A stretch of 64,000 nt of DNA. It comes from Auanema rhodensis (Eukaryota; Animalia; Nematoda). The stretch is from the NCBI GenBank assembly GCA_964057225.1, contig OZ059897.1:5704001-5768000 (forward strand), written 5' to 3'. Both the position numbers and the translations under genes were made by a program. The notes beneath the pieces were generated by a model that was not told the origin of the DNA, searched no databases, and saw nothing but the letters and a program-made list of their open reading frames with translations. Shown here piece by piece: positions 39,240 through 50,868 of the stretch (positions are counted from its first letter, which is position 1; each line of letters opens with the position of its first letter).

Positions 39240-42096
39240 TTATATATACCCGGCACGTTTCATCGATTGTCGAGCGTTTCTGTTGATATTTCCCAAGCGA
39301 TGAACTTCCTCCATAGTCTCTCGGGCCATTTCTTGAGCATAAGTATTAACATCATGTCCTGTACTGTTAAACATGACAGCATTGGCAAACATTAAATTCA
39401 ACCTTAAGCAATATACATATAAAACATAGTATTGAAATAGTCTCACTTCATTTTCAATTGTACCATACTAGCAACTTGTCCAGATTCTATCTCCTTCTTA
39501 AGTGTGCTAAGATCCATTCGTCTATAAAGAAGTAAAATACTACAATCATAAAATTTGGTAATGATCCTTACTGTTTGATCGCATCACTATAGCCAGGTGC
39601 TTCTTTCTCATTAACTGGGTGTGAAAAGATTCCAGAATGTTTATGATTGCATACGATTCTCCAAACATTTAGTAAGAGATTCTAAAAACCAAAAGACAAA
39701 TATTATGAAGAATTATGTCAGGCACCTTAGTTTGAACATGCTGATCTTCTTTTGACTTATCCTCTTTTCGCGGCCTTTTACTCGGTGAAAATGATGTTTT
39801 CCCATCATCAAGCCGATGATTAGGCCTTGATAGTAAAGCTAAAACATGTTCGTTAAAACAAATATCATATCAAATCAGACCCCGAGCAAGCCATTCATCT
39901 GTATCATACAAAACCAAAATTTCTTTTTTGGAATCAACCTTCCCTCTCTTCTCATCTTCTTCTTCCTCGGCATTTGATTTTTTTGTCAGGTTAGCTAATG
40001 CCTATAAAGAAGAAAATGTCATGTTGTCATGTTCTATACATTTGCAAACTTACAATGTCATCATCATCACTCCATTCTTCTTCTTTCAGCTTAAGTAATG
40101 AATCGGCAGCTACGCTGCGCACGAAAAAGCGTTCAGATGTGTTCCATGATACAACAACCTATAGCTCATGAAATTTATTACTCAAAAAGATTTCAAAGAG
40201 AACCTTATCTTCTTTATCAAACTCAGTTCTTTTAGTCTGAACACCGACTTCTCTGTGAGCTGATGTCGTTTTTTCTTCAACTGGTTCCGCGGCAGCCTCT
40301 GATCGTCTGGCAGATTTACGAGAACCCTGGAAGAGAACAAACATATAAAACCAATGTTAAATCCTAATGATTTACAACTGATCGTCGACTTTCTTTCTTT
40401 TCCTGGTGCACCCATAATTGACCTTGAATGGAAATTTCAGTGATTGTACCTATTTCTATGAAAGCCGGTACAAAAGGTATACTAGCTTCTGAAGCAGAAA
40501 CGGACGGAGCTGGTTCAATATTTTCGATAACTTCAGGATCCTCCCTGATATATGCTTTAGTATTCCAAAATTTATCATAGAACTTACATCTTTTTCTCTT
40601 CTGGTTCGGGTTCGGGTGATTCTGGCATCCTTCCCTTCTTCGAACGGCCAGAAACAAGGGGTGAATCCACAACTCCTCTTCTAGATGAACGACGATTACT
40701 TAAACATACGTATTATACATATTTTTAAATATTTTACTCACGCTGCAGGACTTTTTTCAACTGGTGTTTCTTCCAGGAGATCGTTTCGTGACGTTTTTCT
40801 CTTACTCGGTTCTCCCTTGGAAGCTGGGTTCGCTTGTTCTTCTTCAACTGACTCTGGTTCTTCTTTAGGTTCTTTCTAAAATTAAAATTAAATTTTGAAA
40901 ACGAGAATTCGACAGAACGGATCGTTGCAAAAAGCGAACCTTCGCTTTTCCTCTTCTCTTCTTCTCGGATTTTGGAGGTACTAGACTATTATTTTCATCA
41001 TCCGATATAGGTAAATCAGTAGGAGACTAAGAGAAAAGGATACTCTGAAGAATTAACAAAACCCACCTCATTTGAATCCATTTGCATATCTTCTTCAACT
41101 TGTGAATCTACAGATGTAAATGATGAGATAGGTTGTTCCATAGATGGCGACATATTCTCTCTGATAACATCAGCTATAGGCCTAATAGGGGATTTAAGAG
41201 GAGATCTATAAAAAATCCGTTCAAATAATTTCATAAATAGCTGGTCAAATACCTGGCAGGAGACATTGTGGTAGCAATATCTGTAACAACAGAATCACCG
41301 GCGGCTGCATTGGAAGGCAGAGCAAGATCACTCTTCAGAAATAATAAAAGTTATAAAAAAAGAAATAACTGCAACATACAGAAATATTTTCTTCTCTCAT
41401 ATTATTTTCTTCCACAATTTCTTTTAGTCGATGCATATAGGAATTAACTACATGGCATAGTTGGTGTTGGTCTACTACTTTCTGAAACAATTACAGTGAC
41501 TATATTTCTAGAATTTCAACTAGCCTTAGAATCATTATATCGTGCATCAGCTAACATGTCTCCAAGTTCTTCGCGTGTAAACGGTTTCTGGCTACCCCCC
41601 ATTAATCTTTCAATTATAGCAGATTTTTTTCTAATCTCAACTAATTCTAATTCGAAAGTCTTTGAATCTTCCTTTTCAATCTAAATAAAACAAACAATAT
41701 GTAAGCAGAAATTATTATAACCTCTTTATCCAAATGTTTTATCCAAGCATCAACAAGAGCTTTTCTACTATATGAAACGGATGCTGATCCCAAAGGTTTA
41801 TGCCCCGGACATGGTGATTGCAATATTCGTTCAAATTCAGCTTGACAAGTCTAAAACCCTTTCCTAACTTATTTACATACATATTTTTAAAGCTACATTT
41901 GGTGTAAAAAAACCTCTACCACGAGCATCTGAAAATTCTTTAGACATTTGAGCACTCCGGGCTGGCCTGAAAGATTTGAATTATATTTGAAAATTAGACA
42001 AATTTCGAACCAATCAGTCCCTGTTAAAAATTGCTCCAATAAAGTTCTTTGTTCATGAATTGACCATGGTGCCGCGTGTCCCTTTGTATACACCAT
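39240..42096 (-). CDS. BRD8-like bromodomain protein (NuA4/TIP60 subunit)
   Basis: N-terminal WSIHEQRTLL resembles BRD8 WSIREKLCL. C-terminal bromodomain VWRIVCNHKHSGIFSHPVNEKEAPGYSDAIKQRMDLSTLKK...MFANAVMFNSTGHDV. The last exon is uncertain (possible donor just before the stop). Confidence 0.85.
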
Positions 42097-42319
42097 CTGA
42101 GACAATAATATGTAACAAAATTAATGGAAGATATAAAGGAAGTAAAAATACAATATACTCTGGCAAGTACCTGGCATAAAAAAAAAAAGAAAGAAGAAAA
42201 AAATACGATTTTAATAGTATATATTTATAAAATGGAAGATCAGTATATAATTAAGTTATGCAATTTTAGACATTATGAAGAAAAATGTAAATTAAGACGA
42301 AAGAACATGGAAAGTATTA

Positions 42320-45300
42320 TTAGCAAGCTTTCCGCCTACGGTCTTTAATAACTTGCTTTACTTTGTCAACCAGATCCCTGGCTTCTTTAGGTATATTAAG
42401 ATCACGAACATCAAATCTGAAATATTTTTTTCAGATAGAAAGATATACATATTGCTAGGCTATTCAAAAATATTTTTTGTACGCAGCAACAAATGTTACA
42501 ACTCTCGCACATTTCATTGCCGGTTATGTCCAGTATTAAAATACCAAAGATTGAAATGAAGTATAAAAAACTTGCCTAATTTCACTTTTAGCGTCATTTT
42601 CATTTTCGCGGAAAATTAAGACATTGGGAACACCAGTAGACATCCGAATGAACCTGCCATCCAAAATATGCCGTACCGACACACATCCTCTCCCAATCTG
42701 AATTATTACTTCATATATTATTTCATATCCTCATAGGTTTTCAAAAAAAAATTTGCAAAGAGAAAGATTATTTTCATATGATGGATCGAAAAGAACTGAC
42801 TTCTCTCGAAGAATTACAACTTTTTCATAGGTTTTTCTCGCCATCTCCCATATGATGGCGTCGAATAAGGAATGTTATGTTATTTATGGATCTAATATAA
42901 TTGAAATATCCAACTTACATCTTTCACATAAAAAGGGTCAACATTTGGTTGCATTCGTGGCAAGTCTCTTAGAACCCTTGATTCCATGACAGAAGGTGCT
43001 GAAGCAAATGATTGCTTAACAGAAGACTGCTGAAAGAGTAGAGCTATATAGCAGTTGAACGAATAAAAAGATTTACTGTTGAATAAGGTGCCGTGGTATA
43101 TGCTTGAGAAGACGTAATCCTTACAGAATCTACAGGAAAATTAGAGCTAAAAGCAGATTTTTGGTAAAATACGGAAAACATGCTTACGCACCTTCCACCT
43201 GCACTCATAAGAAAGGGAAACTTCTGTCCAGATTTTTCAACAATGCTTTCAATGTCTATCAGAAGATCGTAAACTTCAGACATTTTTTGCAATATTCTTG
43301 CTGGAAGAAGATGATGAAATGAAATAAATTTTAAATATGTAAATAAACTAACTATCAGTGATATCAGCTCCTCCATCGGAGCCAGTATAACGCCTATAAA
43401 CAATTCGGCCGTTCGTTGTTTTCCGAACAAGTTTCTCTATATAAAGAAAATAGATAATGTAAGCAAATCAAAAATAAAACCTCCTAAAATATCATCTACA
43501 ATGGGAACAATCCGAAAATCCCCATTTTCCATTAGTTTAGCAGCAGACATTACGAATTGTGCTGGTCTCCTGAGTACAACCTATCCAAAAATATTAATAC
43601 ATTATAACAGAGTTTTTATGGCTTACCTTATCCACTTGACTTTTCAATTGTCCAAGCATATGCCTCACACTATTGTAAACTTTTAGATCATTGTCAGTCA
43701 GTGATGACAGTCTGGAAAAAAACAACTTATTCCATACCAGTAGTGTACTTTTAAATTATAACTATTAACAGATCACACAGTATTATTATAAAATTCGCTA
43801 TTAATGGCTGACTTGGTAATTGAACACTCAAAAATCTTGTCTACTCCCGACAGGAAAACCGATAGGGCGGGGGGATCGGATTAGTAGATATAAATGATCA
43901 GAATAAGAATCTTAGAACAGTGTATGCTAAAGCTATGTACACCGAAGAACGAGAAAAAGAGCTTTGGAAGGAAGCTGAAAGTCTCCGGCGAATTGCTTTC
44001 TTTGGCGTATGCATTAGGTTAGTATTGATGCTATCTTCTTTTTAATTTGTTTTTAGTACCGTCGCCACCTTAACATGTATCGTGGCTATTCCTTCTCTTT
44101 ATAACTATATGCAACATATCCAATCAACACTTCAAACAGAGGTTTGCTACAACAGTCTTTCTTATATATGAAAATTCAGGTCGAATTCTGCAAGCATCGC
44201 ACTGATGGCCTTCTAGTTCAATACGAAAAAATGCAAAAAATTGTGGGAGTAAAAGGAAAACAAATTCAGAAGAGACAGGTTGGATATGATTTCGGAGACG
44301 GTATATATTTGAAAAAAATTCCCTTTATAATTTTCTGTTTAGATAACAAACAAACAGCTGATGTTGATAACAAAGCATCAACCTTGGATTCAGATATGTG
44401 TTGCTCGTGCAGAACAGGCAATGCCGGTCCTCCAGGATTCCCAGGAAGAGATGGAGAGGATGGCAGAGATGGGGAACCAGGAGCTCACGGAGAAGATGGA
44501 GAAGACGCAAATGAAAACGAGTACAAGCCAAATATTAATGATTTCTGCTTTGAATGTCCACCAGGACCACAAGGTCCACCAGGTTATCCAGGACCAAAAG
44601 GAAATCCAGGATTGTCAGGAGAAAATGGCTCACCAGGGGAACCAGGAACACCAGGCCGTCCAGGAGAGCCTGGATATCCAGGACCTAAGGGTCCTGATGG
44701 TGAACCTGGTATACCTGGAGAACCTGGGCAAAATGGAGTGTGCGAGCAAGTGGAGATTCCTGCTGGTCCACCTGGACCTCCAGGACCTTCAGGGCTCCCC
44801 GGACTAGACGGAGAACCAGGAGTCCCAGGCTTACCAGGAATGGATGGTCCAATAGGACCACCAGGTGATCCAGGATTAGATGGACAACCAGGACAGCAAG
44901 GAAGTCAAGGAGAACCAGGACCCGTAGGACCACCAGGAGATGGAGGTGGTTGCGAACATTGTCCACCACCCAGAACAGCTCCAGGCTATTAACCTTACAG
45001 AGATATCAACTAATACCGTAATATTGTTAATATAAGATAAATAAAATTTCAAATATACAACGTCATTAAATTAGATGTCAGACTTTAGACAGATTTTTTT
45101 TAACAGTTTGCGCAGACATGAGAAAAGAACGAGAATTGTTTCTCGAACAATGGACTGGTATAAAAAAACATAAACCTGTCGTCAGGTGACACCGGAATGG
45201 AAAAAGTTAATAAAAGCAATCTTGCAAGTTTGAGCTTTACAAAAAAAACTAACGTCGAGAAAGGGCCGCGTCGAGAAGTTCTCATCAGTTCTACTCTGGG

Positions 45301-47403
45301 ATCATCTTGTTTAGGGAAGGCTTTTGACGATGAAACGGGAAGATATGTGGTTATCTGAAAAAAAAAATCATTAACAGAACAAGTTAAGATAAAAAATGCA
45401 ACCGAACTTTCGGATCGCTAATTAATAAATGATATATTTGTTCAAATCTCACGTATTACGTGAAAATTTAATTTTAACAATTTTATTTCAAGAATTTCAC
45501 TAACCTCTTGCCCTTGATGTGAGACAAAATTTATAAGCATAATCAAAGCAACATTGCCAGAATTACTTTCCTGTTCAAAAACTAAATCGCCTACGTCCGT
45601 TACCCTCAACTAAATTCAAAAAAATATTTCTTTTTTTTTAGATATATTACTTACCCTTCCTATTTTAGGTCGTATGAAAACTTTTCCATTTAGTCTATCA
45701 GTTTTTAACGGCCATGGATTATCTTTCCGATTTTGTAATCTAGACAAGTTAGGTTGAGATGTGGTGGCCGTTCTTCGTGTGGGTTTTGATATCATTTGCT
45801 CTCCGCTTTGAAAACCACTTTCTTCACTTCTTTCTTTTACAATTCTCTTTTCTCGAAATGGTGGTTGACTAGCAGCTCTTCGACGACCCCCCTTAAAACA
45901 TAACTTTAGGAAAAAGACGAAAATGGATTCAAACCTCTCGCTCGATACCAGCGCTTAAACGATCACGATCTGAGACTCTTCTGTCGTAGGAAGGCTTAAA
46001 TAGTTCAATGTATAAATGTAAAGCAGCTTCCTTACTTCTCGTCTTCCCCTACTATATCTCTCCGGCTCCCGAGAATATCGTCGATCTTCGGATCCCGATC
46101 GTCTCAATATAGCCCGTCTTTCATATGAAGTACGCTATAGTTATATGAATAAAACAACTTCAGAAAAAAATAGTAAACTTACAGCTCTGTCTACAGAATG
46201 TTCTCGGGAGCCATAGAACGAGTTCAGTGTGCCTCTGCCATCAGGTAAATAAGTTTTCATAAAATCACTCACAAAAACCTCTTAAAGAAAAAAATAATAA
46301 AAAGAAAAATCCAAATCACACCTCTCAAAGCAATGCGTTCAGAATCACAAGCCATCATAGAATTTATAAGTTCTGCTCCAAGTCGACACAAATTGTTTAA
46401 AGGAGGCTTCCCTATAATAAAAGATTAAATTGATAATGAAAATGTTTAAACTACCTTTTACCGGAGGATCCTCAGCCGTTAGCATTGTATACAAAGCAGC
46501 TCCCAAAGAGAAAACATCAGCAGCTTCATCATAAGAATCGCCACCCAACAACTCACTAAATTAGCACATTTAGGGAAATCATAACATATTAAACTTACGG
46601 TGCCATGAAACCAGGTGTGCCAACTATCGTTCTCGGAGGACCACCCGTCCTCATAGAACGAGCAAGACCAAAATCACATATTTTCTGAAACAATGAATTA
46701 CACTAACAAAAATTATTCGGAGTACCAACTATTGTGGGTAATAAGCCATCAGATGACATTTTGGATATTAAAATATTTCCCGCTGAGAGATCCCTATGCA
46801 TTATTCGTTTGGCATGAAGCTGTTGTACAGCACAAAGCAATTGCTTTAAAACATAAGCGGCTAATACAAAAATAGAAAATACACATTTATATGACAGAAC
46901 GAACCTGCCGTTTCCGATAACGGACCATTCTTCCGAACATATGATCGCATAGATCCAAAAGGGCACAATTCAAGAACGAGATAAACATCATTTTTTGATT
47001 TAAATTGACCGTAAAACTTGAAAAAACAATATATAAAACGTTTCAAAATTCAACCAACTTTTACAATATTATTATGAGATACATTATTCAGCAATTCATA
47101 TTCAGATTTTATTCTGTGTAGTGGAACACCGCCTACTCCACAGTTGATCTAAACAGAAAAAAACATTCAAAAGAAAAAGATTGAAGGCTCGACAAAATAA
47201 ATTCAAAAAAGCGATGATAATAAAGACCAAAAAACTAACTTTTTTTAATGCTACTTTATTAAATTGAGGATGTATGGCTTCATATACCACGCCAAATCCA
47301 CCTTTTCCTATCTCTTTAACGATTTGAAAGTCCTAAATCGTATAAAATAAAATTTATTCAAGTACGTTGGGAAATTTACCTCTAACCGTAATCCTGCAGA
47401 CAT
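42320..47403 (-). CDS. zyg-1: ZYG-1/PLK4 centriole-duplication kinase; cryptic polo box split by a 1542-nt intron (43712-45253)
   Basis: Kinase motifs [30 protein letters not shown] and GTPGFMAPE. Polo-box region PWPLKTDRL...[17 protein letters not shown]...[20 protein letters not shown] is in phase across the intron (AC|A). Stop TAA at 42322-42320. Confidence 0.85.
43865..43894 (+). promoter_or_regulatory. GC box (GGGCGGGGG) and TATAAA upstream of the collagen
   Basis: TATAAA at 43889-43894, about 40 nt before the ATG; GC box at 43865 in an AT-rich background. Confidence 0.55.
43935..44992 (+). CDS. Nematode cuticle collagen (bli-2-like), nested antisense in a zyg-1 intron
   Basis: N-terminal domain [37 protein letters not shown] cleavage site, CCSC, Gly-X-Y blocks and C-terminal [13 protein letters not shown]. 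Confidence 0.96.
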
Positions 47404-47478
47404 TTCATTGCTTTTTTGAAAATTATTAGTTAGAGCACTGGCTTCTATCTACGTTTGCACTAAATCTAATTCACTACA

Positions 47479-47530
47479 TTTAAATATTATAGCGTTCGCG
47501 CCAAACGGGGCGGACTAGAAATAGAGCGCG
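47479..47530 (-). promoter_or_regulatory. Candidate E2F/DREAM element upstream of zyg-1
   Basis: TTCGCGCCAAA at 47495-47505 contains the nematode E2F consensus TTCGCGCC; CHR-like TTTAAA at 47479-47484; about 90 nt from the ATG. Confidence 0.55.
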
Positions 47531-47741
47531 CATACCTAAGTAACTTAACACTTGACTCGTTGAGTAATTTATTGAAGATGAATAAGTATTTAAAATACAA
47601 AAAGTGAAATAATTAAATATATGACCACGTATGAAATGTTATCAAGCTATTTTCTAATCTTTCTCAATCATTCTATTAACAGAATTCACAAGATTTTTCT
47701 AAGACGAAAAATTAGGAAGGAAGAACCAAATATAATTAAAC

Positions 47742-48107
47742 TCAAGATTTAGATATTGGCTCAATATCAGAAGAATTGTTCGTCTCCGTGGTTTGTAAAT
47801 TTTGTAGCTGTAAAGAAAAACTGATAAAATCATCATTGGTCGAATATTACTTTGATTTCTAGAAGTTGAAGTCTCTTGTCGGCATTTCTCAATTTATGCT
47901 CAGCTGTTAAAAGCAAATTCTCCATAGATTTTGCAAACTCATTGAAATGGTCCGTCAACTTCAACAAATATGCATTATAAAAGGCTACAACTCGTCTTCT
48001 GTTCAAAGGAGGAACCGAAAAATTTAAAATTATTGTCATATTACAAATTTTCAAACTTCATTTAGATCGATATCAGGTCGTATATAATCAAGATGTGACT
48101 CTTCCAT
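47742..48107 (-). CDS. ddl-1: WASHC3/CCDC53 (DDL-1-like) coiled-coil protein, about 93 aa
   Basis: PDIDLNEVPPLNRRRVVAFYNAYLLKLTDHFNEFAKSMENLL...RLQLLEIKL resembles CCDC53 GIDLTKVPAIQQKRTVAFLN...LNILDAKL. The first intron has a non-AG acceptor. Confidence 0.75.
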
Positions 48108-48252
48108 GTCTAAACTGCGAGTATTTAAGCAGAACAGTAGCTATGTATCGAAATGAAAAGGTTCAAGCCTATAGCTTAATCCACAAAAATGTAGGAAACT
48201 TTTATTTTCACAAACGAAGTTAAGATAGATATGATACAGGTGGAATGCTTCA

Positions 48253-49132
48253 CTACTTGTAATCAACTACTTTGATTTCTTGAATATCCCTCGGGGTACT
48301 TTGATTGGAACTATCAGCACTGCTGCTAGTAGAAACTTTTTCCAGAACCTGATGAAGATTCATACGAGGAAGACGATCAGTTGGTGGTAAAAGCTCATTA
48401 AGAGTTTCAGCAGCTGGGACAAGTTCTTCGAGCATGACCTAAGTTTCACATTAAAATATCGCTAGAAAACCAATATACCTGAATTGCTTTAATCTCATCT
48501 TTTACTTTGTTCAATTTTGAAACTGATTCAGCCATGTGATCAAAAGCCACCTTTCTTTTCGTCAGTACACCGGCTAACGATGAAACATCACTGTCTATCT
48601 GAAATACTTCACAAATTGAGTTAAATTATGAATGTTATATACCTTTTTAGTTTGTAAATCAATTGCATTTTGTTCTAAAATTAAAGTTTTCGAACAGATT
48701 TGTACGTGTTCATGAAGACGAACAGTGAATCTGAACACTTTTGTATTTAATACAGAGGCAAAACGCGAAGTAAAACCTTAGAATTGGCGCACTGAGGGTT
48801 TTAACAAGAGCATCGTTTGCTACATCTTTTTTACCAATAGAAGCAAGTAGAATTGGAAGAAATTTGGGTATATCCTATAAAAAAAGCCAGTTCAAATTCA
48901 TTTGACAAAAAGACTTACTCGAAATCTTTTATACATTTCATCTTCATCAACTGTAGCTTGTTTAATTGAACCATCTTTTACAACGACAATTCCTTTGTTT
49001 TTCTTGACACTGGCTGAACAATCAACAATTTTAAAATTATTTTGTAAACAAAAAGTTACATCTCGTTGGCAAAAATGAAAATGTAGAAGAAGATGAGGGT
49101 GTTGAAGATGGACCACTTTGTTCGTTTCCCAT
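48253..49132 (-). CDS. sam-4: BORCS5/myrlysin (SAM-4), BORC subunit
   Basis: Myristoylation-type start MGNEQS, GIVVVKDG, DIPKFLPIL and AETLNELLPPTDRLP. Confidence 0.88.
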
Positions 49133-49162
49133 TATGTTAGTAAAGTTTATGAAAAATTTCTG

Positions 49163-49508
49163 TTAGTTTTGATTATGGTTACGAGCCGAAGTATGAGGTC
49201 CCATAAAAACACGGTCAATACCGGAGTCTGTCCAATGTCTTTCAAAATCAATTACAGAATCCTTTTAAAAAAAGTTCATTAGCTGCATGTATATTATAAT
49301 AATTTACCTGCTTCGCAGTACCAGGAATAGCGTCCGCGTCAGGATCAGGAAGGTGGTCACGAGGAATTTCTACGTTTTCCTATAATTCATGTTGAAATTC
49401 AATCAACAACTTTCGAGAAACCTTTGGGAGTTTATGAAAAGTCCACTCTTTGTCGTAATAAAGGTATTTTTCGTCAAGAGTAGCCAGGGAAGGGAATGTA
49501 CTAGTCAT
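49163..49508 (-). CDS. APC13 (ANAPC13)-like microprotein, 85 aa, 3 exons
   Basis: DKEWTFHKLPKENVEIPRDHLPDPDAD...ERHWTDSGI aligns with APC13 DDAWREDKLPYEDVAIPLNELPEPEQD...EMKWTDLAL; two canonical phase-0 introns; not in the ORF track. Confidence 0.82.
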
Positions 49509-49728
49509 ATCATGAGAACTATAATTAATATTCAATAAATTAGTGAACTATTTCTTAGTTTTAAATATGGCATAGGGTTTATTTTATACCCTTCAAAGTA
49601 GAAATAGAAAGTGAAAAGTAAAAATTTTTAATATACTGCAATGAGAAAAAAAAAATCACAGGTGAATTATGACAGAACAATCCCGTTATGCAATTATGCT
49701 GAATTATGCTTTCTTTTGATATTTAAAA

Positions 49729-50516
<788 letters not shown>

Positions 50517-50868
50517 TGTGATTAAGTTAGTAGGTAAAACTAAAGCAATTATATTAACGTTCTATACATTTAAAATTCGAAAATATAACAACGAAATACA
50601 TGTGAAATTGAACAAAGAAAAAAAACTTTTTTTTATGAGCCATACTAATTACATAAATTTCTATAAATTATTGTATTTTTACACGTAGAACGCAATGTAT
50701 TAGATCAATTATTAAAGGAATCTCAAATAACTTAAAGCTTTTCCTTAATTATGTTTTGAATACTGTAACACTAAGGCAATAAGGTGTGTGTATATATATA
50801 CAATAGGATTAGTGGCTAAAAATCGCATATAATACTATTTACAAGAGATCAAAACCAAACTACAAATA

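Noticed and set aside
42320-43711. Independent unknown gene, with zyg-1 as a truncated paralog
   Set aside because: These exons have no ATG and splice in phase to the kinase exons, completing the polo-box region.
44325-44969. Overlapping ORFs within the collagen
   Set aside because: Alternative-frame and antisense shadows of stop-poor Gly-X-Y codons.
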